A stretch of DNA of 64,000 bases from Macrostomum hystrix (lineage: Eukaryota > Animalia > Platyhelminthes), in the NCBI GenBank assembly GCA_950097015.1, contig CATNEN010000033.1:2728001-2792000 (forward strand). The letters are read 5' to 3'. Within the stretch, counting starts at the first letter, position 1. Each line of letters starts with the position of its first letter. Below the pieces are notes generated by a model. It did no database searches. It was given only the letters and a program-made list of their open reading frames with translations, and was not told the origin of the DNA. Shown here one piece after another: positions 29,301 through 41,791 of the stretch. The position numbers were made by a program, and so were the translations under genes.

Positions 29301-32300
29301 TCCCTAACTGTAGTTTATCCTCAAGTGTAGAATATCCCCAATGGAAGATTATCCCCAACTTTAGATTATCCCCAACTGTACATTATCCCCAACTGTAGAT
29401 TATCCCCTACAGAATATTATCCCCAACTGTACATTATCCCGGACTGTAGATTATCCCCTACTGTAGATTATCCCCAACTGAAGATTATCTCCAACTGTAG
29501 ATTGTCCTCTTACTGAATATTTTCCCCTCTTCGTCGTCGTCGCTATGCTAAAAATTGTATTTTTTTCGCTTTGCGAATGTACCAGTGCATTTTAAGCTGG
29601 GAGTTATAGAATCAGGTATAAATGAAAGGCAGGTAACACTGAGGAATCGGGTATGGAAACAGATAAAATGTTTTTGGAATGCGATAATCATAAAGTCAGC
29701 AGCTTTATGGTGCTCAAGCAAGCAAATAAAAAAACAAAAATCAAAAGTAGAAAAATTAATTTTTGCGAATCATTGGTGTGACGTACAGAACAAAACTGTT
29801 CTCTTTCTATTATTTATAGGAATATAGTATTAGTGATTGACTACAAAAGCAGGTGGGAAATAACTGAGTGAACTCAATTGCCGAATGAAAACCGAATAGT
29901 CAACTTACTCAATTCGGGCTCAGCCGCTGGTTCGTTATCGTTGTCGGCTGCTGAGAAAGTTGAGCTTAAAATGCTTAAATCTCTCCATCACTACAATAAT
30001 GCATCACTGCAATAATCCATCACTGCAATAATCCATCACTGCATTAACCCATCACTGCAATAATCCATCACTCCCATAATCCATCACTGCAATAATCCAT
30101 CACTACAATAATCCATCAATACAATCCATCACTACAATAATCCATCACTGCGATAATCCATCACTGCAATAATCCATCACTGCAATAATCCATCACTACA
30201 ATAATCCATCACTACAATTATCCATCACTACAATAATCCATCACTGCAATCCATCACTACAATAATTCATCACTACAATAATCCATCACTACAATTATCC
30301 ATCACTAGAATAATCCATCGCCAGAATCCATTACAATAATAATCACTTAAATCCATCACTACCATCCATCACTACCATCCATTACTACCATCCATCACTA
30401 CGATTCATCACTACCATCCATCACTACAATTCATCATTACCATTCATCACTACCATACATCACTATCATCCATCACTACAATTCATCACTACAATTCATA
30501 ACTACCATTCATCACTACCATCAATCACTACGATTCATCACTACCATCCATCACTACAATTCATCACTATCATCAATCACTACCATCCATCACTATGATT
30601 CATCACTACAATCCATCACTGCAATCCACAAATATATACTTCCAGTAAGGTTCAGCGCCAAGCAACTGCTACCGTATCCAAGGACTCACATTCAGCTGAA
30701 AGGCGCACAGGTGGGCCGCATTTTTCAACGGCGTCCTCGATCTCCTGCTCCCACTGCACCTGGGACTGAAGGTCCAGCAGCACGGCGTCCCTCAGAGCCT
30801 GCAGCGACTCGTCGGCGGGCTCGGCAGTCAGCCTGGCCAGCTCGTCGCGCAGGTGTCGCGCCATCCGGCCGCGCTCTGTCAGCCTGGCAAAGGACTCCTT
30901 CAGCTGGACTCGCCAGCGCTGAATTGCCGAGTCCAGGCGGTTGGAGGCTGTCTCCGAGGCACGCAGCGAATCCTTGAGCTCACCAACTCGGCGCTGGAAC
31001 TCCGTCCTCTCCTCTACTGAGCGTTTCAGCAGCTCGAGCAGCTGGTCATCCGTGGCCTCCTGCTCCGGCACGCGGAGTCCGGGCGCCGAGTAGGCCACGG
31101 TGGCCACTCGATTGCGGAATCGCTCGAGCCGCTGCGTGGCCTGCTGGGCGTCCGCCTGCGGGCGATTGCGTCCGAGTGGGGGTACTTTGGTCTGTGCACT
31201 TTTGCGGGGGTGTTTTCGTCTGTGCACTTTTGCGGGGGTGTTTTCGTCTATGCACTTTTGCAGGGGTATTTTCGTTTGTGCACTTTTGCGGGGGTGTTTT
31301 CGTTTGTGCACTTTTGCGGGGGTGTTTTCGTTTGTGCACTTTTGCGGGGTGTTTTCGTTTGTGCACTTTTGCGGGGTGTTTTCGTCTGTGCACTTTTGCG
31401 GGGGTGTTTTCGTCTGTGCACTTTTGCGGGATGTTTTCGTCGGTGCACTTTTGCGGGGTGTTTTCGTTTGTGCACTTTTGCGGGGTGTTTTCGTCTGTGC
31501 ACTTTTGCGGGGGTGTTTTCGTCTGTGCACTTTTGCGGGATGTTTTCGTCGGTGCACTTTTGCGGGGTGTTTTCGTTTGTGCACTTTTGCGGGGTGTTTT
31601 CGTCTGTGCACTTTTGCGGGGGTGTTTTCGTCTGTGCACTTTTGCGGGATGTTTTCGTCGGTGCACTTTTGCGGGGTGTTTTCGTCTGTGCACTTTTGCG
31701 GGGTGTTTTCGTCTGTGCACTTTTGGCACTGGCGAAATTCGTCAGGTAAGTTAGTCATTCTAAAAACATTGTAACAGGCCACTGACCTCCTACAAGGATC
31801 AAATCAAGGACAAATGGGAATAGATGGACAGGAAACTAAATTTCATAGAAAATGTTAAGAAGGCAGGTTTTCGCCCGAAAATACACTATGGATGGAGAGT
31901 AAGAAAATGTTAACTTTTCATATTAAACTGGTGATCATTTTTTGTTGGAAGCAGATCCAACGCCTTTCTCTTGATAAAACTTCCTAACATGTTGCTCCAA
32001 CGAAATTTAAAAGCTTTATTCCGGAAACTTTTATAACTATACTATTTTCGTTACTGTACTTTACGTTAATAATGGTATGAATAATAAAATAATATATATA
32101 TATAACAATAATTATTTACTTGATGACTGATCAGAGAATTGAGAAAGGTTAAATGCAGTTTACGATCGGTTTTATTTTTTTCAGGAGTTTAATGCATTTT
32201 TTGACATGTGGGAGGGCACGTAGGGAAAATTAAAAATGAAGTCGATGCTTTCAAAAATAGCGCTTGGTCCTAGGACTGAAAATGTACATTCAATCTCTGA

Positions 32301-35300
32301 CAGCCCATTTTTGCAGCCCAACATCGGCAAAATCCCCGATCCCCGATCGCCTAAAACCCTGTCCCAGCAATCGAGTCTCCGCCCTCCGACCTTGGCCAGC
32401 CGTTCCGTCCGCTGCCCGTCCGCCACGCGGGCTTGCAGCTCGTCCAGCTCCTGGCGCAGCTTCTGCCTGGCCGCCTCCTCACGAAGGGCCACCGTCCTGG
32501 CGGCCTCCAGCTCCTCCTTGGCCTGGCGGCCGGCCTCCTGCAGGCTGTTGGCGCGGGCCTCGGCATCTTTGAACTTGGTCCGCAGCGCCTGCAGCTCCTT
32601 TTCTCGAGCCTCGCGCTCCTCCTCCTCGCGCTTGGTGTCCTTGATGCGGGCGAACTGCGGCGGCGATGAGAGAGCATTGGAGTTCAAATTGGCGCGAAAA
32701 GAGCATCAATGTTTGCTTTACTAAATCCGGAATTCTTCTGGCTCTAAAGTGCTCCTCTGATTAGATTATAAGTCATTTATATTGGTTTACAATTTTTTTT
32801 ATAAAATCCTTGTTAACACTGCCGAATATATATAAAAATGTTCTGATTCTAAAAATTTTTGTTGTAGTAAAACACGCCCATTGCTAACCAACTGTGTCAC
32901 AATGTCCCCCAGGTCCTACTTTGTGGTGGTAAGGTCAGCAGTTCGACTTAATTTCTCTTGGTACAGGTGTTTTATTCGCTAGGATTCGCAATTACTTGTA
33001 CTTCCTCGCAGTTTACATTACAATAGTTTATCATTTTGGATTTTCTTGTTTCCCTGCCCAATTCGTGCACAAACAAAAACACGATAGATAATTCCTTGAA
33101 CTGATATTAAATACACAAGCACGCATACCATAGAGTAATGGATAGGCAGCAGGCTCCCCCTCAAGGAAGTTCTTTGACTTACGGACTGAGCAATCGTGAA
33201 AAAACTTCTCGGTTAGCCCAGGGTCATAAAATTGGATGTACATAGGACAGCTAAACTTTCCTGTACTGTACACTTTGCGAGCAAGATAAGAAACTGGAGT
33301 GGAGGTGGGTGATGAGAGCGTGAAATTAATACCCATATTTTTTAGTTTATTCATACAGACTGCACAGTTGAACAAAGGTGAGAAACTGCTGACTCTCGTG
33401 CACTCTACATGGCCGCATTCAGGATTGAATATTTTGAATAGGCGATAAACATGTGAATAACGAACGCGGCGCGCGTAAATGTGATAAAATGCTTCCAGCT
33501 GAGCAGGAATTCTCCGATGCTAATTCTCGGCAGCTAACATGCACATCCAGGTGATAGCCGGCTGTGTCATCGAGCGAGTCCTGTGAGATGGGGATGTACA
33601 GGGTGCCGCACAGCGGGTGCTGCACGGGCTCCGAGCTGCTCCGGCGAGTCGTCAGTCCGCCCGAGCTGGCAGCGTACTCCGCCAAGAGGTCTTTGTTCCG
33701 GTCGGTGACGTAACGCGAGGTCAGAGAGGCGGACCCCCGGCGCCATGCGTTGCGATATCTCATGGGGGGCTGGAGGGGAGGCGCGGCGCTGCGGCGAAGG
33801 CAGCCGGGGGAGCCGCTTCCGGTCCGCTCCTCGAACCTGACCAGCCTGGGGCACCGGAAGTCATCCGGATACTGGCCAGACGGCGATGCGTGTCAGTGCA
33901 GCCAGAGTATTGATAATAGTTTAGTACGAGTCGCACTACTGTCAGTAGGGTACTTCTGAACGGCCACTACGAGTAATCATCTCAAATGTTCAAGATCAGA
34001 TGCTTTCCTAGGAAAATATCCAGACCCAATTCACAGATTTCTTAGTAATATGCAACGAATAAGCAACGAAATAGGTCAAATCGCTTTCTATTCCGAATTC
34101 CATACCGACTGCTCACCTTTGCCTGCAGAGCAGATATAGTGAGATCCCTGGACTTGACCTCCTCTCGCAGTGTTTCCACCTCGCGGTTTAGTCTACTCAG
34201 CGCGGTGTCCTGTGTGAGTTCATGCCAGCGAAATTCTTTAACAATCTTAACGGTACTACCTAAATTTACAAACGACATTGATGCGATTCGGAGTCTCTAG
34301 CACCTGACTGCACCTCACCTTGCTGGTCATGTCCCGCTGCAGCTGGGTGATGAGTCCCCCAGCAACCTGTGCGTCCCGGCGCAGCTTCTCCGCCTCCTGC
34401 CGACTCGCTGCCAGCTCAGCTGCCTTGGCTGCCGCCTCATCGCCGGCGCTGAATCTCTCTCGATCCGCCCTCGCTCGTTGCAGCTGCTCCTTGAGCAGGG
34501 CTACCTCCTGCTGCTTGGCCGATACCTCAGTCTCCAGGTGCGACAGTCGGCGACGCAATTCGGGATCATTCAGAGCTGCCAGCTGCCGCTGCAGCCCCGT
34601 CAGCTGGGCTCGCATTTCTTCCGTTCGCCGGTCCTTCTCTCGACTCTCAGCTTCTAGAGAGCGAAATCTCTGCAATTCCAGCTGCAGGGCCAGCAGCTGC
34701 TGATCCTTCTCATCTAGATACTGCTGCTGCTGCTGCTGCTGCTGACCCCTCGGTCCGCGAGCGCTCTGCACCAGGAGTGGTGTGGCCGTAGTGGTGGCAA
34801 TCACGGGCACAGTGAAGCCGGTGGGCTCCCCGAACGCCGACTGGTTTGTGCGCCGCCCGCCGCCTCCCATCAGCACCATCGGACTGGCGCTTGTTGGTCG
34901 GCCCAGGCGGAATGTCGTGCTGCCTGCTGAACTGAAGCTGGCAACGACGCCTCCGCCTCCACCTCCGCCGCCGCGAATGAGGCCCGGTGTTCCCTGTTGA
35001 AGACTTGGCAGAGGGCGGGTCGATGGCTGCTGCTGCTGCTGCTGCTGAACGGCCAGTTGGTAGACACTTTGTCCGCGGCCGAAGCGCAGCTGGTCGCCGT
35101 GGCTGAGTCGCACGGCAGCATTCTGGACCAGACAGTCGTTGATTCGTGTGCCCTGCGGAATTGAGTCCAGGTGTTCAGCAGCATTCAGTGTATTCATCTA
35201 TTTGAAATAAAAAGTACAGGCATTCTTCTTGCAGCCCAGTGCCGCAAAAGAACTTGAGTAGTTACTCACGCATTCCGTATTCAAATCTTTCAGAATGAAG

Positions 35301-35524
35301 CCGCCATCCTCTTCTGAGTACTCAATGATGGCGTGCTGACTCTCTGTGCCGTCGGCCTAAGAAAAGTTTACACGTTTTTTGTGACGATTGATGACAGAAT
35401 GAAATACGGGGATCATAACACTAACCTCAACAATAATGTCGCAGCCAGCTGAGCCGATAGTTGTAATCTTTGGGCACAGCTGGTACTCCTGGTCATGGCA
35501 TTTGAGAACGCCTCTGGATTTCAT
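23360..35524 (-). CDS. FHAD1: FHA-domain long coiled-coil protein (FHAD1-like), ~1350 aa
   Basis: Exons 35524-35426, 35356-35270, 35152-34319, 34209-34117, 32654-32391, 31155-30690 (alternative acceptor 31191), 29042-28459, 28150-27734, 27446-27140, 26160-25856, 25142-24939, 24724-24500, 23905-23765 and probable last exon 23392-23360; all phases match. The N-terminal FHA domain ([11 protein letters not shown]...QHAIIEY...FILKDLN...[25 protein letters not shown]) resembles vertebrate FHAD1 from recall, and the rest is coiled coil. Confidence 0.88.
23578..23716 (+). mobile_element. Fragment of a second tRNA-derived (CORE-like) SINE in the last FHAD1 intron
   Basis: B box GGTTCGAATCC followed by CCCCATCTGTAAAATGGGG, which resembles the CORE-SINE conserved motif. 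No A box. Confidence 0.5.
23929..24487. repeat. 13-bp minisatellite (CAATCACTCCCTG)
   Basis: Read directly; FHAD1 intron 12. Confidence 0.95.
24741..24926. repeat. 33-bp minisatellite (GCATAGGGATCTGAGCAGGAACATGGGAGATGA)
   Basis: Read directly; FHAD1 intron 11. Confidence 0.95.
25455..25813 (-). mobile_element. tRNA-derived SINE (~360 bp) in FHAD1 intron 10
   Basis: Head with A box TAGCAGAGCGG and B box GAGTTCGATTC, a unique body, and a TTATTTTATTATTAT-like tail. A related head occurs at 2773-2853. Confidence 0.7.
26215..27131. repeat. Compound GGGATCT / GGGATATGAAT minisatellite
   Basis: Read directly; FHAD1 intron 9. Confidence 0.93.
27464..27720. repeat. ~40-bp GGATTAG...CTCACCTATCCT repeat
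   Basis: Read directly; FHAD1 intron 8; related to the 41-bp array at 11880. Confidence 0.9.
28176..28446. repeat. 20-bp minisatellite (CGATAATCCTATCTGACAGT)
   Basis: Read directly; FHAD1 intron 7. Confidence 0.93.
29078..29503. repeat. 17-bp minisatellite (GATTATCCCCAACTGTA)
   Basis: Read directly; FHAD1 intron 6. Confidence 0.93.
29990..30626. repeat. 13-16-bp minisatellite (ATCCATCACTACAATA)
   Basis: Read directly; FHAD1 intron 6. Confidence 0.9.
31190..31726. repeat. ~27-28-bp minisatellite (GTCTGTGCACTTTTGCGGGGGTGTTTTC)
   Basis: Read directly; FHAD1 intron 5. Confidence 0.95.
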
Positions 35525-36935
35525 TTTTGTTGAACTAAAATTACAATAGCGAAAAATGATTTTAATGAATGGCTATCCATTCAGCATTTTCTTTTCAATA
35601 TTCATTGCTGGCAAAAAATATATAGATTATTCGATTTAAAACTTCATGAATCAAATGAATTATATTATAGGTTCATTTGATATAGTAAAACTATAGACAA
35701 ATTATTTAACGCTCAAACCTGTTAAAATATTCTAGAAGCTAGAGACAATAAAGATATCATTTGCCTCAGGAAATATTATGGTTTATAATGTTAGCTTTTA
35801 TTTATATTAGATCTGAACAAATTATTTAACACATTTACATATTTATTTGTTGATTTATAAAAGTACTATTATAATAAAGATGTTTTACAGTAAAAAATAA
35901 CACAATTCAATACACTGTTACACTACAAACAGAAATTTAAAAGTTACATTTAAATAATACGAAAAAAATACTACGTAATAGCCTTGCCACCATGAGATTA
36001 AAATATTTCAAGCCACGAAACAGAACTCCCATTATGTAACCCTGTTTCATTATTCATCGAAAACATTATCTCGATTGTCCTTAAAGTTAAAAGCTTAAAT
36101 GAGGGTATTAAAAGGGCTTTTTAGGATTTAAGGTTAAACTTCGCGTTATATTAAAGTACAATGATTTGCCACTTAAACATATATCAATTATATACACACT
36201 ACAAGCTCATTGACCAAATTGAGTAGAGCGATGATATTTAAATTAATATAAAAAAATATTCAGCGGCAAAACTGGTTTTCTCGACTCAATTGATGTAACA
36301 ATTCTAGGCTAATTTCAACACTCTGAGAGTACAATCAGTTTGCACATTCAGAAATGCAGTTCAGATTCCGTTTTAAAAGGCATTATTTATACTGCTTACA
36401 GTGTTAATTAAAAATCGCATGCAAAAGAGATACTGTAAAATCTTAAGGGTGATTTCTTTTTTTAAATTATATGAATGATTTTTGAACTATGCTATACAGA
36501 ACTTATATTCTACCCTTTTACTTTGTTTAAATTTGAGGAGTTCAATACCGCAAAACTTGTGAAATTCAAGGTTTTAGAGAAGATTCGTAGCGAGTCGCAT
36601 CCACTCAATCGATGAACCAAATCTAGAGGATATTTTAATCCTTATACCAAATTACTGAAGTTTTATAGCTGTATTGTACTTTTTAGTTATCTGTGTTGCG
36701 TGGACCGACTGTCAAAAAGTAAGTTGATCGTGGTGATCGTATGGGGAGTTTTTATGAACGAAACAAACAAGGAAACGCTAATATAATGTAATTGACCGCT
36801 TTAATTACGTCTTTAATTAGAAAAACTGTCCCGAATGAGTCGTACGAACAATTAATAATTCAGAAATCACGAGCTCTAATAAAATGTACGACAATTTGAA
36901 TTCCTAAATTAGTGAAGCAATAGAATTTCCACAAG

Positions 36936-37417
36936 ACTTATTCGTCCGATGCCGGGCTGTTCGTGGACGCTGAGGACCCGGCAACCATGGGGGTGAGGTT
37001 CCACTCCGATAGCTACACGGTGTTCGCCGGCTTCCAGCTGCTCTGTCAAGCCAGAGTGGTCGAGCTGCGGTTTGACAGTGAGCTGACTGTCTGTGTCTGA
37101 GACAATTTTTTACTGATCACATCTCGACGAAGCCATCAGCTACATTCCGTCTCACTGTGAAGCCCTTGATTTGCAGACTATTTCAAGAATTCAGTGCCGC
37201 TAGCGGACCAACCCCAAGCAATTGTGGCAGCTATATCGAGTGCGCAGCGTTTTGCTCCGCCGCGGGCGCCGACGCCTGTCAGGCCAGCGAGTTCCAGGCC
37301 GACAGCGGCTCCTGCAGCCTGCTCGACGGACCCTCAGCTGAAGTACTGGTCAAGAAGCATTTAATCTGGAAAGCTGTTGTTAATTTGGACATTGATTTGA
37401 ATAATAAAACTGATTGA
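36936..37417 (+). pseudogene. 5'-truncated CUB + PAN/apple-like paralogue (partial gene or pseudogene)
   Basis: Exon 36936-37077 encodes the C-terminal CUB strands (MGVRFHSDSYTVFAGFQL). Exon 37140-37417 encodes ECAAFC...ACQASEF...GSCSLL. There is an in-frame TAG just upstream and no N-terminal CUB half is visible. Confidence 0.6.
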
Positions 37418-37423
37418 CACCTT

Positions 37424-37912
37424 GTGGATGGCTGTATGTGTGGGTGTGTGTGTGTGGATGGCAGTGTGTGTGTGGGTGTGTGTGTGGATGGCTGTATGTG
37501 TGGGTGTGTGTGTGTGGATGGCAGTGTGTGTGTGGGTGCGTGTGTGTGGATGGCTGTATGTGTGGGTGTGTGTGTGTGGATGGCAGTGTGTGTGGGTGTG
37601 TGTGTGGATGGCTATATGTGTGGTTGCGTGTGTGTGGATGGCTGTGTGTGTGGGTGTGTGTGTGTGGATGGCTGTGTGTGTGGGTGTGTGTGTGTGGATG
37701 GCTGTGTGTGTGGGTGTGTGTGTGTGGATGGCAGTGTGTGTGTGTGTGTGTGTGGATGGCAGTGTGTGTGGATGGCTGTGTGTGTGGATGGCAGTGTGTG
37801 TGGATGGCAGTGTGTGTGTGGGTGTGTGTGTGTGGATGGCAGTGTGTGTGGATGGCTGTGTGTGTGGATGGCAGTGTGTGTGGATGGCTGTGTGTGTGGG
37901 TGTGTGCGTGTG
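37424..37912. repeat. GT-rich compound microsatellite ((GT)n with GGATGGC)
   Basis: Read directly; caps the truncated 3' end of the Gypsy element. Confidence 0.95.
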
Positions 37913-37914
37913 TA

Positions 37915-40900
37915 AGTTGCATTTGGCTGAAAGCTGCCAGCCGGGCCGTCCTGCACCTCAGAACCCGGGAGTGCAGCCACCTCGCAGGCGGAATCTTTTC
38001 TTCCGTCGTCCCTCCCAGGCAAGTCACCAACTGGTTGCTCATTGCCGTCAGGTAGTGGGCGGATCTGATCCCGATGAGCGAGCACCGGCCGACCATCCTC
38101 TCGGGTGACCACGGCGGTGTTGTGCCCAGCCTGTACCACGAAACGCGCAGACTCCGTAGGGCTGCTGGCACGAGCCTGGTAGATGACAGGCGCATCGACA
38201 CTGAACGTCAGGGTCAGTGGGCTCCTCAGTTGTCTGCCCATCAGCGCTGACGGACTGCCTCGGCCGTCAGGCCGAACTCTGACGGAACTCGGAGTTCAAG
38301 AGGCCGTGAACTCTTCACTGTAGTTCAGCAGCAGCTTAGCCAGATACGCATCAAAAGATCCGCGATGCACCGGAAATGCCACCAGACCCCGTTTGACAGT
38401 CTGGACCATCCGCTCTGCTAGGCCGTTGGACTCCTGGTGGTACGGTGGGGAGTGTATCTGCGAGCAGCCGATTCTCCGCAACCAGTCGCGCAGCTCGCCG
38501 TCGCAGAATTCGGCCGCGTTGTCCGAGACCAGCGTGCATGGGACACCCAGCCTGGAGAAGATGGCCCGCAGAGTGCGCAACGTTGTCTGGGCGCTCCGGT
38601 CTGGTACTCGAACCGCCTCCGGCCAGCCAGAAAACGCGTCCACGACGATCAACAGATAGCCGACACCAGGCACGTGCGCGTGGTCCATGTGCACTCGTTG
38701 CCATGCGGCGCTTTCCGCGGGCCAGATGTGGGTGGCGCGAGCCGGTGGAGTCCGGATCTCCGTGCATTTTGCGCATTGCTTGACGTAGCGTTCCACATCG
38801 TCGCAGTGTCCGGGCCACCAGGCTTCTCTCTTCAACCGGTTTCGTGTCGCCAGCGCTCCGCTGTGGGAGTCTCCATGCGCCGCTTGAAGGACTCGAGAGC
38901 GCAGCCTTGCCGGAGGCACGATCAGGTCTCCCAGACAGATGATGCCATCTTCCACCGTCAGTTGTTGCCGGACACTCTTGTACGGCCGTTCTGCCGCCGA
39001 GCAGTTGCTCCAGACGTTGTTCTTGATTCGCTGTCGGATGCTCCGTAGTACAGGGTCATCGTCAGTCGCCTGTTGAATTTCGTTTCGCTTCAGCACGTCA
39101 GTCTCAGTCCAATGAACGAAGCGACTCAACTCCTCTTTAGGATTTTCGAACGAATCCTCAAACTCCAGTCTGGACATAGCATCGACGTGTGGAATGCAAC
39201 TGCCACGAACATAGACAATGTCGTAGTCGAATGCAGCCAACTGGATAGCCCAGCGCATGATCCTGGCCGATGTCACCTTTGGCAGCTCCTTCGACGGACT
39301 GAAGATAAACTCGAGCGGCTGATGATCGCACTTTAGCGTGAACTTGGCTCCCAGCAGAAAGTGCCTCGCTCGCTGTGTCGCCCACACGATGGCCAGAGCC
39401 TTCCTCTCGATGTTGGAATAGTTTTGCTCGGCTGCCGTCAGCCGCCTGGAGAGGTAGAGCACTGGGTGGCCGTCTTGCGTGAGGATGGCTGAGACCGCCT
39501 TCTCACTAGCGTCCGTAGTCAGAGTCGTGCGCTTCGTCGGGTCGAAGATCCGGATCACCGGATAGGCCGCCAGCGCCCGTTTAAGTTCGTCGAACGCCTT
39601 CTGCTGGTTCGGGCCCCATTTGAACGGTGTCTGGCGGCTCCTTAAGGCAGTCAGCGGCTCGACTCGCTCGGAGTAGGCCTGGATGTAGCGGGCGTAGTAG
39701 TTCGTCAGCCCTAGGAATGACTCCAGTTCCTTCCGACACGTTGGCGCTTTGGTTTGCAGCACTTTCTCCGCCAGCTTGGTGTCCGGCCGGATGCCTTCAG
39801 CAGAGATTCGGTATCCCAGAAAGGATATTTCGGTGCTCCTGAAGACGCACTTTTCTCGTTGATCTCCATCCCTGACTTGCTCAGCTTGGCTAGCAGTTGT
39901 TCGACTTTTGCGTCCAGTTCAGCTGCTGTCCGGGCGCCGATGCAGACATCGTCCTGATAGATCACCAGGTTCGTCACCAGACCGCCGATCGTGGCTTCCA
40001 TGGCAGCTTGGAACTGCGCGCTCGCAGTTTTCACGCCGTAAGGCATCCTCGTCCAGCGCAGCAAACCGATCGGGGTGTTGATGATGAGGATTTCCCTGGC
40101 CGACTCGTCCAGCTCGATCTGGTTGTAGGCGTTCGTCAGGTCAACCGTGGCGAAGTGGGACATCCCTGACAGCTCTGTAAAGGCTGTCTCGATGTTCGGG
40201 AGCGGGTACGAGTCTGCGCAAATTTGCGGGTTCACACTCACTTTGTAGTCGGCGCAGATCCGCAAGTCGCCGTCCGGTTTCCTCACGATGACGATAGGGG
40301 ATGCCCACTGGCTGCCTCCGGGGCGGACAGTCTCCAGGATTCCGGCATTGATCAGCTTCCTGAGCTTAGCGATGACCAGCGGTTTCAGGTGGATCGGGAC
40401 AGGTCGAGCCTCGAAGTAGCTAGGCCGGGCCTGGTCCTTCAGAACGATGCGGGCCCGGAATCCGCGAAGCTTTCCCAGCGTGACTGCCGGTGCTTCCTCG
40501 ACGTTGTGCAGGGACACGCCGTCCAGGTCGAACTGCAGCAAGTCGGTGCCCAGCAGACCGTGTGTCTTGTTGCAGGCCGTGACGATGATGTCCACGCAGG
40601 CGACCTTGTCTTCTAGCTCGACAGCCGCTGTGAAGCTGCCGAGGGTTTTGATGGCTGATCCGTCGAACTGCCTGAGTTGCCGGGGGCATTTCCGCAACTT
40701 CGGCTCACCCAGTTGCTGCCAGAAATTTCTCGGGATGATGCTGGTATCAGAGCCGGAGTCCAGCTGCATCTCCATGCGTTGACCCTCGATCAGCACTGTC
40801 TTCAGGCTGCTGGTCTTCTGCTGATGAGTGCTACTGATGGTTTCGGCCCCGGCTGTTTCCGTGACTTCATGCGCTGCCTTGGTCCCGGATCTGCACACGA

Positions 40901-41791
40901 CCGCGAAATGGTTTCGCTTGCGGCACTTGTTGCAGGTTTTGCCCCAAGCTGGGCAGCGGTCAGGCTGGTGCTGTAGGCCGCAGGCTTTGCAGGCGGTCTT
41001 CGGGCCCCCGCGGTTTTTGTCCACGCTGGCGATGGACGCCGGCTCGATCGTCGCTGGCTCCGGTGCCTTCTGTCTCTCCGCTCCGCTGTATTGCTGGATG
41101 AGCTCGAGTTGTTGGACAAACTCCACGCTGTTTTCGAGCGACACCTGTTGCTGTGAGCTCTGGATGTGCTCAAGAATTTTGCTGCGATGCTGTGCATTGT
41201 GCAGGCCACTGACCAGCATTGTCTGGATGAGCTCGTCCTCTGCTGACTGTTTGCTGTCTTCGGCGTTCAGCTTGTCGAACTCGCAGAAGCGGGCGGCATC
41301 TCGAAGTCTCTGGGCGAAATTTTGTGCTGACTCAGTTGCTTCTTGGCGCAGGGACAAAAACCGAGAGCGCTCAGCAATGATCAGCTTCTTCTTTGGGCGA
41401 ACCTTTTCCAAGATCAGCTTTCTGATGTCCTCGAAGTTCATCTCCTCCAGCTCTTTTGGTCTCGCCATCACACTTACGACACGAACTGCGCTTACGCCTG
41501 CCCTGGCAAGGAACAAGTCCGTCACCTGTCTCTCCTCTGCCGTGTCCTTCAATTTCTTATTGCGGCTCATGGCGGCGAAGCTCCTCAACCAGGCCTCCGT
41601 CGTTGCAGGGTCGTCCAGCGGCAGGTCGTCTGCTCGCGATGCCATTGTCGTGTCGTTTAGAGTGACTCTTATGTTTGTTAGTTTGGAGCGAACACGATAA
41701 TATATTTGTGCATCAGTCACATCACTTATATAGAACGCGAGATACAAGTAACAACGTGCGATATTATTGAGCGGTGGCCACGTGCCACACA
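37915..41791 (-). mobile_element. Ty3/Gypsy LTR retrotransposon (single gag-pol), damaged, 3' LTR missing
   Basis: Gag has two CCHC knuckles (CKACGLQHQPDRC, CNKCRKRNHFAVVC). Protease LDSGS; RT SQWASPIV, RICADYK, YPLP, YQDD; RNase H TTDAS; integrase H-H-C-C plus IVVDAFS/LVSDNA/NGLAER, in Gypsy order. One frameshift at ~39851 and an in-frame TGA at 38296-38298. Confidence 0.95.
41646..41791 (-). repeat. Putative 5' LTR of the Gypsy element (~146 bp)
   Basis: On the minus strand it runs TGT...ACA, contains TATATAA, and is followed after one base by a PBS-like TGGCATCGCGAGCAG. No second copy exists to confirm the boundaries. Confidence 0.6.

Noticed and set aside
39845-39860. Programmed ribosomal frameshift in Gypsy pol
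   Set aside because: The shift lies inside RT after YQDD, in an A run (GAG AAA AGT GC versus the expected EKKC). A 1-nt deletion or homopolymer sequencing error is more likely.
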